NCBI GenBank assembly: GCA_963716985.1
Contig: OY970323.1
Span: 1,504,001-1,568,000 of the forward strand
DNA: 64,000 nucleotides
Source: an uncultured bacterium
GTDB lineage: Bacteria > Chlamydiota > Chlamydiia > Chlamydiales > SM23-39
Direction: 5' to 3'
Shown here: one piece after another, positions 31,062 through 39,971 of the stretch
Layout of the letters: every line of letters starts with the position of its first letter
Numbering within the stretch: position 1 is the first letter of the stretch
Program-made: the position numbers and the translations under genes
Notes under the pieces: generated by a model
The model's database searches: none
Told to the model about the DNA's origin: nothing
The model's input: only the letters and a program-made list of their open reading frames with translations

Positions 31062-31112
31062 GCCGGGTAGCCCAAAGGAACTTCCCCTTTAGCCTCCCAC
31101 GGATTTGTGTAC
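31062..31112 (-). other. Isolated group II intron 3'-end (domain VI-like) remnant
   Basis: Minus strand GTGGGAGGCTAAAGGGGAAGTTCCTTTGGGCT-A-CCCGG: hairpin with bulged A; domain V degenerate. Confidence 0.5.
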
Positions 31113-31142
31113 AGGGAAACCGCTTCTTTTGCTAAAAGACCC

Positions 31143-31172
31143 TTGACATTTTGATATCAACAATGATATCAT
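31143..31172 (+). promoter_or_regulatory. sigma66/sigma70 promoter of hicAB with tandem TGATATCA palindromes (candidate HicB operator)
   Basis: TTGACA(31143)-18 nt-TATCAT(31167); TGATATCA occurs twice, between and over the boxes. Confidence 0.7.
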
Positions 31173-31178
31173 ATGAAT

Positions 31179-31408
31179 ATGAGCAAGTGGCAAAAGCTGA
31201 TACAGAAGATCTTGGAGGGAAAAACACCTCCTACGAAGAAGCCGAAAGCGCCCTTTTTCAACTAGGATTTGAGTTACAAATTAGAGGCTCACATCACATA
31301 TTTCGAAAAAAGGGCTATGCCAAGAACGTGTCGATTAAACGCCGCAGCCAACTGTTGCCCTATCAGATGAGGGACTTAAAGGAGGTATTGAGGGATCATG
31401 AATACTAA
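31179..31408 (+). pseudogene. hicA: HicA-family toxin, split by a -1 frameshift at G GGA AAA
   Basis: Frame 0 MSKWQKLIQKILEGK; -1 frame NTSYEEAESALFQLGF..RGSHHIF..LLPYQ. Confidence 0.75.
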
Positions 31409-31781
31409 GAAGAAGTTAGGTTATTATCTCAATCTTGATTGGACATATACCATTGAAACGGAAACGTCTAATGGACATCGATATTTCATTATTAGAGTGA
31501 ATGAACTTCCCGGCGTTTGCACTGATGCGGAAAGCGTCGAAAAAGGCATGCAACTTATCAAAGAAGCAATAGAGGGCGCTGTTGCATTATACCTTAAAAA
31601 TGGAGAACCTGTTCCGGAGCCCATCAAAAAAGCAGACTTCAGGGGAAACATCGCATATCGCACAACAAGCGAGCGTCATTATAGTGTTGCAAAAATGGCA
31701 AAGGAAATGCACAAATCCATAAGCAAAACAATCGATGAACTTGTTGATATTGGCTTAGAAAAAGGGCATTTTGTTTCTTAA
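31398..31781 (+). CDS. hicB: HicB-family antitoxin
   Basis: ELPGVCTDAES..EAIE..LKNGEPVPEP plus C-terminal RHH-like region; overlaps hicA. Confidence 0.85.
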   Translation: MNTKKKLGYYLNLDWTYTIETETSNGHRYFIIRVNELPGVCTDAESVEKGMQLIKEAIEGAVALYLKNGEPVPEPIKKADFRGNIAYRTTSERHYSVAKMAKEMHKSISKTIDELVDIGLEKGHFVS

Positions 31782-31945
31782 AATAGGCCTTTTTGAAGCA
31801 AAAAAACAATACCTGCCTTAAATTTGCCCTATAGAGGGCCCCCAGAGGCAGTTCTATAGCTTTAGACTATCTCTTGCCTGTCTATAGCTAAGATCCTCGA
31901 AGTTTTCGACATCTTTTTTCACCAAAAAACCCGCCACAACTGTGT

Positions 31946-32815
31946 TTATTCTATTTGCAAATGGTCCAATAGCTGAAAAAAGAATTCTGAAGACCAAATA
32001 TCTAGCTTTTGAGGATCGGAAACAAAAGCTCGAACATCTGCTTTCGCACTCTCCCAATCAATGGAGCGAATTTTTTCATGCAACAACTCAATGAGTCGCT
32101 CTCGACTGAACGTTTCTTGTGATCCTAGATTCTTGGCTTGCTTCATACAAGCCTCTAAAGAAGAGATGCAAAGAGGGATGTTGTTATGAATATACCAGAT
32201 TAAATCGTACCAATCTCTTCCTTTCACTCGTCCCTTCCATGCGCGATACAAAATAGCATGCATTTTCCCAGCAAAGAGATCGCTTTTATGTAGTGTCAAA
32301 ACATAAAAAGGGACGGGATTTAAAACGAGCCTATTCTCAAATCGAAAATGGATCGGAGGATCGATATCGATTTCCAGTTTGATATGGATCTCTTCTCTAG
32401 GAGGAAGCTGTTTGGTCTTGGCCTCTTCTCCTAAAGCTATGTAGAGCTGAATGGTATTCATTTTCATGAAAGCAGAAACGATTCCCGTTTCAACACTTTT
32501 CATTTTTTGGGTAACTGTCGTTTGAAATCCAAAAGACAATAGCTCCTTTTTCATGCCTTCAAGAAAGGGGGTAAAATCAAAAGAAGGATCCGGTTTGATC
32601 AAAGAAAAGTCCAAATCCTCACTGAACCGATCCAGACCGTAAAGGACACGCAGTGCCGTACCTCCATAAAAAGCTGCTTTTTCAAAAAAGCCCTGTCTTT
32701 CTAAGCCTAAAAGAGCCGTTTGTTGCAGAACTTCTCTAACTTTTGTCTGCTCTCGTATTTTTGATCTTTCATACCGATCAAGCATGCCCTTGATATTGTC
32801 ATTTGCCCGGCTCAT
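31946..32815 (-). CDS. abiEii: AbiEii-family nucleotidyltransferase toxin (type IV TA / abortive infection)
   Basis: FYGGTALR, RFSEDLDFS, KLEID, AGKMHA, KGRDWYDL. Confidence 0.9.
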   Translation of the reverse strand: MSRANDNIKGMLDRYERSKIREQTKVREVLQQTALLGLERQGFFEKAAFYGGTALRVLYGLDRFSEDLDFSLIKPDPSFDFTPFLEGMKKELLSFGFQTTVTQKMKSVETGIVSAFMKMNTIQLYIALGEEAKTKQLPPREEIHIKLEIDIDPPIHFRFENRLVLNPVPFYVLTLHKSDLFAGKMHAILYRAWKGRVKGRDWYDLIWYIHNNIPLCISSLEACMKQAKNLGSQETFSRERLIELLHEKIRSIDWESAKADVRAFVSDPQKLDIWSSEFFFQLLDHLQIE

Positions 32816-33441
32816 AACAACCCCAAAACATTTACAAGATTAGCCACCGCTTTTGAGCGATAATTTTCTGCTATTTCCAACAAGTGGTTTTTATCCAAAT
32901 TTTTTAGCTGCTCTTTGTCTATCCTTCGCGCTTCCACAAGATCGATCAAAAGATCTTTTTCGCTCAGTTTTTTACTTTTACGATGCACAAGGTCTGCAAG
33001 AGCCTTCTCTGGAGTTGCGATCAAAAATCTCCCAGCGCTGTTTTCCTTCTGATCGATTCCTATGGCATAACGCTGACGGCTCAAATAGGTGTAGTCAAAT
33101 GTTCCAACAGGAGAAGAGACGGTTTGTGATTTACCTACCGATGCACTGGTAACTACATACACACCTTCCGGAATCATTTGATAGTAAGAAAGCGCCCATT
33201 CAAAACTGACATAAGAGGGCCCGTAAAGCAAATTTGCGACTTGTTCGTAAGGCACAGGTTGGTCTTTGATCTTCTCGGCAATCAAAAAGAACCCCTTTTT
33301 TAAGCGGATTAATTCTCCGTTTTTTACCATTCTCGAAATAAAATCATCGGGATTTGTATAGGCCTCAAGAAGTGGTTTGAGATTCTTGCTTTCTATGTAA
33401 GCTGTTGTAGCAAAATTTAATAAAGGATGCATCAAAAACAC
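32812..33441 (-). CDS. abiEi: AbiEi-family antitoxin
   Basis: LIRLKKG, PSYVSFEWALSYY..IPE, IATPEKALAD; 4-nt overlap with the toxin. Confidence 0.85.
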   Translation of the reverse strand: MFLMHPLLNFATTAYIESKNLKPLLEAYTNPDDFISRMVKNGELIRLKKGFFLIAEKIKDQPVPYEQVANLLYGPSYVSFEWALSYYQMIPEGVYVVTSASVGKSQTVSSPVGTFDYTYLSRQRYAIGIDQKENSAGRFLIATPEKALADLVHRKSKKLSEKDLLIDLVEARRIDKEQLKNLDKNHLLEIAENYRSKAVANLVNVLGLL

Positions 33442-33469
33442 TTTTTCTTTTTAATTTTTATTTTACCAG

Positions 33470-33540
33470 AACCTCCAATATTTTTGGAGAATTAAGCAAA
33501 AATAGTGCAAATTATTTCCAAAACCTCCAATTTATTAGAT
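33470..33540. promoter_or_regulatory. Two repeats upstream of abiEi (candidate autoregulatory sites)
   Basis: AACCTCCAAT at 33470 and 33522; the first forms the palindrome CTCCAA-tattt-TTGGAG. Confidence 0.5.
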
Positions 33541-33597
33541 ATTGCAAATCAGTCATTTAAAAGCAGTTAGATTGTAAACAGTTACGATTTTTCTCAG

Positions 33598-34629
33598 ATG
33601 ACTTTAGATTGCCTATTCGGTAAAATGCCCTCTTGTATGAATAGACTTCCCTCGCCCAAAGAGCTCAAACAACTCTATCCTGTAGAAAAAAACGATGAGC
33701 TGTTTCTACAAGAGACAAGAGACAATATTCAAAGGATCCTTCGCGGGGAAAAAAAACAAAAACTCCTCATCGCTGGCCCTTGCTCCATCCATGATGAATC
33801 CTCTACCTTAGAATATGCAGATCGATTTTTAGCGCTCTCGGAAAAGGTAAAAAATTTCTTTTTCGTGCTTCGGTTTTTTATCGAAAAACCAAGAACATCT
33901 CTTGGATGGACAGGCTTTTTGAACGACCCAATGCTCGACGGATCTTGCCGGATAGATCGCGGCCTCATGCTTTCGCGCAAACTCTTAAAAGAGCTTGTGC
34001 AAAAAAAGATTCCTTGCGCAATGGAGTTTTTACACCCCTCTTTCGCACCCTATTTTACCGACCTGGTCTCTTGGGGCGTCATTGGATCGAGAACCAGCTC
34101 CTCGCAAATCCATCGGCAGCTCGCCTCTTCTCTGCCCTTTCCCGTCGGGTTCAAAAACAGCCACTTTGATGCGATCGACATCACCCTGCAAAGCATCCGT
34201 GCAGCAAGATCTTCCCATGTGTTTCCCTCGATCGATGAGGAGGGCAGAATTGTTTCTTGCCGCAGCAAAGGCAATCCCTTTGCCCATGTCGTTCTTCGAG
34301 GCAATCGAGAAGGCCCAAACCATGACGAAAAGAGCATTCATGACCTGCTAAAAAAGAGCGCATCTTTGGGATTTGCCCTTCCGATCATCGTCGATTGCTC
34401 CCATGCAAATTCTTCGAAAAACCTCGAGAGGCAAAAAGAATGTTTCCGACGTGTAGTTTTGCAAAAAAATGAAACGATTTTAGGCTATATGCTCGAAAGC
34501 CATCTTTTTTCCGGCAATCAGAGCCTATCTTCCGGCTCGGCGCAGTATGGCATTTCCGTGACCGATCCCTGCCTCGGCTGGGAGGAGACAAAAGATTTGA
34601 TCCTCGCATGCGCACACTCTATCGCATAA
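33598..34629 (+). CDS. aroG: DAHP synthase, class I-alpha
   Basis: GPCSIHD, EKPRT..GW, IGSRT, PVGFKN, VDCSHANS, YGISVTDPC. Confidence 0.9.
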   Translation: MTLDCLFGKMPSCMNRLPSPKELKQLYPVEKNDELFLQETRDNIQRILRGEKKQKLLIAGPCSIHDESSTLEYADRFLALSEKVKNFFFVLRFFIEKPRTSLGWTGFLNDPMLDGSCRIDRGLMLSRKLLKELVQKKIPCAMEFLHPSFAPYFTDLVSWGVIGSRTSSSQIHRQLASSLPFPVGFKNSHFDAIDITLQSIRAARSSHVFPSIDEEGRIVSCRSKGNPFAHVVLRGNREGPNHDEKSIHDLLKKSASLGFALPIIVDCSHANSSKNLERQKECFRRVVLQKNETILGYMLESHLFSGNQSLSSGSAQYGISVTDPCLGWEETKDLILACAHSIA

Positions 34630-35143
34630 CAGGTTTTTCTTGGTTTTCCTTAGAGGACGGCGTCTCTTCTTCAGGAGCTAGCGTAATGAGCTCCGTCCAG
34701 AACTGGTGCTTCCACGTCTCAAAAAGAGAGCCGTCTTTTCTAAAGACCTGCACGCGATAGGTCAAAATTTTCTTCACGGGATCTTGGGTCGGATTGGGGA
34801 AGAAAAAGCTCACATATCCCCTTCGTCTGTCAATAGGAGCTTCGACCTTTTTCTCTTCGTGATTCCAAAAATGGACCGTGACGAGGATATGGTCCATTTC
34901 GCTAAGGAAAAGAGGGCGAGAGAAATCCCAATTCACAATGATTTTTTGGCCCACCGGGGGGTTCTGTCTTCTTGGATCGGGACTGCCGACAAAATAACTG
35001 GCCAGATCCTTTTCATCCACCCATTCTTGCTGTACATAGAGATGATTTTTATAACAGGAGGAAAAAAGCAGGGCCAAACAAAGCAAAAGAAGACTTTTCA
35101 CGGAGTCGAATCCTATGCTACAATCACTTTCAAACGTTAGCAT
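34619..35143 (-). CDS. Putative lipoprotein (start uncertain)
   Basis: Hydrophobic stretch ending in the lipobox-like LFSSC. Confidence 0.6.
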   Translation of the reverse strand: MLTFESDCSIGFDSVKSLLLLCLALLFSSCYKNHLYVQQEWVDEKDLASYFVGSPDPRRQNPPVGQKIIVNWDFSRPLFLSEMDHILVTVHFWNHEEKKVEAPIDRRRGYVSFFFPNPTQDPVKKILTYRVQVFRKDGSLFETWKHQFWTELITLAPEEETPSSKENQEKPVMR

Positions 35144-35169
35144 GCGATGGGTCTTAAGATCAAATTTTT

Positions 35170-35679
35170 ATGGGAAAAAAGAAAGAAAAAAGCGTCGCTG
35201 TTGCCATCTTTTCTCAGGATCGGAAAAAAGTGCTCCTCATCAAGAGAAGAGATATTCCCGTCTGGGTGCTGCCGGGAGGCGGCATCGAAGAGAAAGAGAC
35301 GCCCGAAGAGTCGGCCCTTCGAGAGCTTGAAGAGGAAACGGGATTCCAAGCAAACATCGTTCGGCTCGTTGGAGAATATTTGCCGATCAATCGTCTCTCT
35401 CGACACACCTATCTCTTTGAATGTTCGATCACGGGAGGACATGCCTGCATAGGAAAGGAGACGAAAGAGATTGCGTTTTATTCCATCGAACATCTTCCAA
35501 AACTCCTGCCGCCCCCCTATCAGGAATGGATTTTTGATGCGCATTTTCCCGCAACAGACAGCTTCAAAAAAGAGCTCAAAAGCATCAATTACAAAACATT
35601 TTTCAAAAATTTGGCCCTTCACCCGCTTCTTGTTTTGCGGTTTGTCTTAAACCGATGCCATATGCACATCAACGATTAA
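35170..35679 (+). CDS. NUDIX hydrolase
   Basis: Nudix box GGGIEEKETPEESALRELEEETG. Confidence 0.9.
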   Translation: MGKKKEKSVAVAIFSQDRKKVLLIKRRDIPVWVLPGGGIEEKETPEESALRELEEETGFQANIVRLVGEYLPINRLSRHTYLFECSITGGHACIGKETKEIAFYSIEHLPKLLPPPYQEWIFDAHFPATDSFKKELKSINYKTFFKNLALHPLLVLRFVLNRCHMHIND

Positions 35680-36155
35680 GAAATATCCGTCAAAAGCGCC
35701 TGCAGATCAAATTCGTGCTGAATCTCTTCTTCGAGTATGTCCAAAATCATCTGATAGGTAATGGGATCCTTGTCCTTGACCTTTTTCAAAAGCTCATTAT
35801 AAGTGACAATCGCACACTGCTCGCCCTTAATGTTCTGCTGCAAGATCTTTTTTACATCGGACGAGAGCGGGGCCTCATAGCCGCAATTGGTTTTTTTGTA
35901 CCAATCTTCGGGCTTGAGAATCGGCTTTCCCTGCAGCTTGACGATCCTCTCTGCGATCTTAGTCGCGTGCTTGAGCTCTTCCTTGGCATGTTCTTCCAAT
36001 TCAGCAGCAACCAAACGACTTTCGGCTCCTTGCACCACTTTTGCACCAATCCAATATTGATAATAGGCCAGCCACTCATCAGCCAGAGCTGCATTCAAAA
36101 GCTCCACGAGCTTCTTCACGTCCATGTCAACAATCTCTACTCCTAAGCTCTTCAT
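35676..36155 (-). CDS. DPS-like (DPSL) ferritin-superfamily protein
   Basis: ADEWLAYYQYW, EELKHA, GEQCAI, EEIQHE di-iron motifs and two Cys (TNCGY, EQCA). Confidence 0.85.
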   Translation of the reverse strand: MKSLGVEIVDMDVKKLVELLNAALADEWLAYYQYWIGAKVVQGAESRLVAAELEEHAKEELKHATKIAERIVKLQGKPILKPEDWYKKTNCGYEAPLSSDVKKILQQNIKGEQCAIVTYNELLKKVKDKDPITYQMILDILEEEIQHEFDLQALLTDIS

Positions 36156-36351
36156 AAAAAACACCCCTTTTTTCAAATTTCTATTTTATCGAAACGAAGC
36201 AACGAACTCAAGATCTGTTGTCTCTCTTACAATTTTTGGACCTTAAAAAAAACAAAAAATCGAAGAAGATTTTTTTTTCTTCTTAAACCAGAAGATGATA
36301 AGATAGGTCTTTCCCAAACAGGTAAAATTTTTTCTAGATATAAATCCACAA

Positions 36352-36400
36352 ATCCAATATCTAGTATCTTAAAAGAGAATTGGGATACTAGATGTTGTGC
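36352..36400 (+). promoter_or_regulatory. Tandem NrdR boxes upstream of nrdD
   Basis: ATCCAATATCTAGTAT (36352) and ATACTAGATGTTGTGC (36385) resemble the acaCwAtATaTwGtgt consensus, 33 bp apart. Confidence 0.7.
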
Positions 36401-36487
36401 CATCCCTCTTATATAAGGACCTGCAGATCCTTGCATAAAAGAGACTCTGCAGGCCAGTGATAACATAAAAAATCGAGGAGTCTTTCT

Positions 36488-38662
36488 ATGAAAAATAAGC
36501 CAAAAGCCGCTCACAAAAAAAATCATGCCTCCCAAGGTTCAGAATTGAAACAGATCCGCAAGCGCACAGGAGAAATCCTGCCCTTTGATGCCCACAAGAT
36601 CACGCTTGCGATCGCAAAAGCCGGAAAAGAAGCGGGAGAGCTGGATGAAAAAGTCGCAAAGACTCTCACAATCAAAGCACTACAACTAATAGAGAAAATA
36701 TCAGCCGAAAACATTCCCACTGTGGAAGAAGTTCAGGATTGCGTCGAAGAAACCCTTTTGAACTCTGCCTACAAAAAAACGGCCAAGGCCTACATCATCT
36801 ATCGAGAGCAGCATGCGAAGATTCGAGAAATTGCCTCCCAGGCAGGAGTCGACCTCATTGATCAATACCTCAACAAACTCGACTGGCAGGTCAAAGAAAA
36901 CAGCAACATGTCCTACTCTCTGCAAGGGCTGCACAACTATGTGGCCTCGGAAACAAGCAAGCTTTATTGGCTCAACAAAATCTATCCCTCCCCTATCAAA
37001 AAAGCCCATATCGAAGGCGCCTTTCACATTCATGATTTAGGGGTTCTTTCCTCCTATTGCGTCGGCTGGGACTTAAAAGATCTTTTGTCGGTCGGCTTCC
37101 AGGGAGTTTCAGGAAAAATACAGAGCAAACCGCCCAAGCATTTGCGCAGCGCTCTTGGCCAAATCGTCAACTTTTTCTACACCCTTCAAGGAGAAGCTGC
37201 GGGAGCACAGGCCTTTTCCAATTTCGACACGCTTCTCGCCCCCTTCATTCGCTATGATAAACTGAACTATGAGCAGGTCAAACAGGCCATGCAAGAGTTC
37301 CTCTTCAATATCAACATTCCCACGCGCGTTGGCTTTCAAACGCCGTTCACCAACATCACGATGGACCTAAAACCCTCTTCCCTCTATGCACAAACTCCCG
37401 TCATCATCGGCGGCGAGATGCAAAAAGAAACCTATGGAGAGTTTCAAGCAGAAATGAACCTCCTCAACCAGGCCTTTTTAGAAGTCATGATGGAGGGAGA
37501 TGCCAAGGGGCGCGTCTTCACCTTCCCCATTCCCACCTACAACATTACAAAAGATTTTGATTGGGAAAATCCAGAGCGCGATCTTCTCTGGAAAGTCACG
37601 GGAAAATATGGCATTCCCTATTTTGCGAATTTCGTAAACTCTGATATGAAGCCGGAAGATACGCGCTCGATGTGCTGCAGGCTCCGGCTCGATCTCTCCC
37701 AGCTCTCCATGCGGGGCGGCGGACTTTTTGGCTCCAATCCCCTCACGGGCTCTATCGGCGTTGTGACCATCAATCTTCCCAGGATCGGATATCTCTCCAG
37801 CAATAAAGAGGAGTTCTTCTCTCGCCTGGGCGATCTTGCAGACATTGCCAAACAAAGTCTCGAGATCAAACGAAAAGTTCTCGAACAGCTCACGGAAACG
37901 AGCCTCTATCCTTACTCAAAATTCTATTTGCGCGCAGTGAAAGAACGCTCGGGCTGCTACTGGAAAAACCATTTTTCCACCATCGGCCTTGTCGGCATGA
38001 ACGAAGCCTGTTTAAATCTTCTTAAAACATCCATTGCCACAGAAGAGGGCAAGGCGTTTGCCGTTGAAGTTCTCGACTTCTTGAGAAACAAGCTCGCCGA
38101 TTTTCAAAAAGAGACGGAAAACTATTACAACTTGGAAGCAACTCCGGCAGAAGGAACGAGCTTTCGCTTGGCGCTCATCGACAAAAAACGCTATCCCGAT
38201 ATCCTCGTGGCCAACGAATCCATGGTCAAAAATGGCGCCGAGCCCTTCTATACCAACTCCACCAACCTTCCCGTCAATCATACCGACGATCTGTTCGAAG
38301 CGCTCAACCACCAAGACGATCTGCAAAAACGCTACACGGGAGGCACCGTTCTTCATGCCTATCTCAACGAGCGCATCGATAACGTGTCTGTGGTCAAAAA
38401 TCTCATTCGAAAAGTCTTCGAAAGCAAATCGCTTCCCTACCTATCTCTGACTCCCACATTCAGCGTTTGCAGCTCTCATGGCTATCTGAACGGAGAACAG
38501 CATTCTTGCCCGCACTGCGGCACCAAATGCGAGATCTATTCGCGAGTGGTCGGCTATTTGCGTCCCGTAGAACAATGGAATGCAGGCAAGCAATCGGAAT
38601 TTGCCATCAAGAAAAACTATAGCATCCCACACAGTGGCCTTTTGCCACAAAACCCTGAATAA
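36488..38662 (+). CDS. nrdD: Anaerobic (class III) ribonucleoside-triphosphate reductase with ATP-cone
   Basis: ATP-cone, HIHDL, SMCCRL, EATPAEG, Zn site C..HGY..CPHC, glycyl loop YSRVVGYLRP. Confidence 0.96.
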   Translation: MKNKPKAAHKKNHASQGSELKQIRKRTGEILPFDAHKITLAIAKAGKEAGELDEKVAKTLTIKALQLIEKISAENIPTVEEVQDCVEETLLNSAYKKTAKAYIIYREQHAKIREIASQAGVDLIDQYLNKLDWQVKENSNMSYSLQGLHNYVASETSKLYWLNKIYPSPIKKAHIEGAFHIHDLGVLSSYCVGWDLKDLLSVGFQGVSGKIQSKPPKHLRSALGQIVNFFYTLQGEAAGAQAFSNFDTLLAPFIRYDKLNYEQVKQAMQEFLFNINIPTRVGFQTPFTNITMDLKPSSLYAQTPVIIGGEMQKETYGEFQAEMNLLNQAFLEVMMEGDAKGRVFTFPIPTYNITKDFDWENPERDLLWKVTGKYGIPYFANFVNSDMKPEDTRSMCCRLRLDLSQLSMRGGGLFGSNPLTGSIGVVTINLPRIGYLSSNKEEFFSRLGDLADIAKQSLEIKRKVLEQLTETSLYPYSKFYLRAVKERSGCYWKNHFSTIGLVGMNEACLNLLKTSIATEEGKAFAVEVLDFLRNKLADFQKETENYYNLEATPAEGTSFRLALIDKKRYPDILVANESMVKNGAEPFYTNSTNLPVNHTDDLFEALNHQDDLQKRYTGGTVLHAYLNERIDNVSVVKNLIRKVFESKSLPYLSLTPTFSVCSSHGYLNGEQHSCPHCGTKCEIYSRVVGYLRPVEQWNAGKQSEFAIKKNYSIPHSGLLPQNPE

Positions 38663-38663
38663 T

Positions 38664-39356
38664 ATGATGAGAATCGGAGCCATTCAGCGTCTTTCATTGA
38701 TTGACTATCCTGGGAAAATCGCAGCCGTGCTTTTTTCCCAGGGCTGCCCCTTCTCTTGCCCCTTTTGCCACAATCCCCATCTCGTCGACTCGAAGCAGTT
38801 CACAAAACCCATCTCCTTGAACGAAGTGAAAAGCTTTCTTTGTTCTAGAAGAAATGAGATTGAAGCGATCGTTTTTTCGGGAGGAGAGCCAACGATCCAC
38901 CTAACTCTTCCTCTCTTGATCCAAGAGGTCAAAGAAATGGGCTTTCTCACCAAATTAGATACGGCAGGGACAAATCCTGAAATGATCGAATCGCTCTTAA
39001 AAAACGATCTTCTCGATTACATTGCCATGGACATCAAAGGTCCGCTTGCCCGCTATGCAGAAATAACAAGAACAGCCTTTCCCTCCGATCACATCGAAAA
39101 AAGCATACGGCTGATTGTAGAGTCGCACATCCCTTATGAATTTCGCTCCACTATCCTTCCATCGCTTCATCAAAAAGAGGATATTCTTGCCATGGCACAA
39201 ATGATATCCCATGCCCGTCTCTATGTGCTCCAAACATTTCGTAATCATGCCACACTCTCTTCCCACTTGAAAAACGCGGCAAGTTTTTCTGAAGAAGATC
39301 TGCTCTTGCTTCAAAAGATGATCTCTCCCTTTGTCCAAGAATGCTACATTCGATAA
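38664..39356 (+). CDS. nrdG: Class III RNR activating radical SAM protein
   Basis: SLIDYPG, GCPFSCPFCHNP, SGGEPT; immediately after nrdD. Confidence 0.93.
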   Translation: MMRIGAIQRLSLIDYPGKIAAVLFSQGCPFSCPFCHNPHLVDSKQFTKPISLNEVKSFLCSRRNEIEAIVFSGGEPTIHLTLPLLIQEVKEMGFLTKLDTAGTNPEMIESLLKNDLLDYIAMDIKGPLARYAEITRTAFPSDHIEKSIRLIVESHIPYEFRSTILPSLHQKEDILAMAQMISHARLYVLQTFRNHATLSSHLKNAASFSEEDLLLLQKMISPFVQECYIR

Positions 39357-39868
39357 AGATAGATCCTCGTTCTTCCAAGATCTTTTGCCTCAATCATTCG
39401 GATGGGAGTCCATCCGCGAAAAGCAAAGGTATGGCTCAAAACATAAGATCCCTTCGGAAGTTCGGCCGTCAGCTTTTCTTTGAGCTTTTCCATAGCCTTT
39501 GGAAAAAGATAGCAAGTCACAAGGCCCGCTTTTGCGAAAGATATCTCAAAAAAATCTTTTCTTTGGATGGACAAGTTCTCTCTTTGCGCCGCTTTTTTCC
39601 AAAGAAGAGACCAAAGATAGGGAACATATGAGAGCTCATAGGCAAAAACTCGGCTCGATGAAAATTTTTTAGAAAGAAAGATGGCCAGATGGCCAAAGCC
39701 GCTTCCCAACTCAAAAATTGTCCCCTCGAATGAAGGGGGCAAAAAAGAGAGCAGCTCTTTTCGCACGCTTCCGGATGTCGGCATGGGGGATATCCCCACC
39801 CGCAAAGTGGTCCAAATAATGGAAAGAGCAGATATCCACAAGACAAGTAGGAAGAAAAAGCAAACCAT
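39344..39868 (-). CDS. SAM-dependent methyltransferase with N-terminal membrane anchor
   Basis: GISPMPT, ELGSGFG, CYLFP, LSHTF. Confidence 0.8.
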   Translation of the reverse strand: MVCFFFLLVLWISALSIIWTTLRVGISPMPTSGSVRKELLSFLPPSFEGTIFELGSGFGHLAIFLSKKFSSSRVFAYELSYVPYLWSLLWKKAAQRENLSIQRKDFFEISFAKAGLVTCYLFPKAMEKLKEKLTAELPKGSYVLSHTFAFRGWTPIRMIEAKDLGRTRIYLYRM

Positions 39869-39971
39869 TGTGTTAAAAATTGTTTTGATCCTTTCCCTTT
39901 TTTGAAGGGGCTCTTTCCTTTAAAAAATAGAGGCTCTTTGAGATAATATCCGCAAAAACACAAATTTTTCT

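Noticed and set aside
31151..31178. TTG start of the 85-aa hicA ORF given in the track
   Set aside because: It lies inside the promoter/operator; the HicA-like N-terminus is in another frame from ATG 31179.
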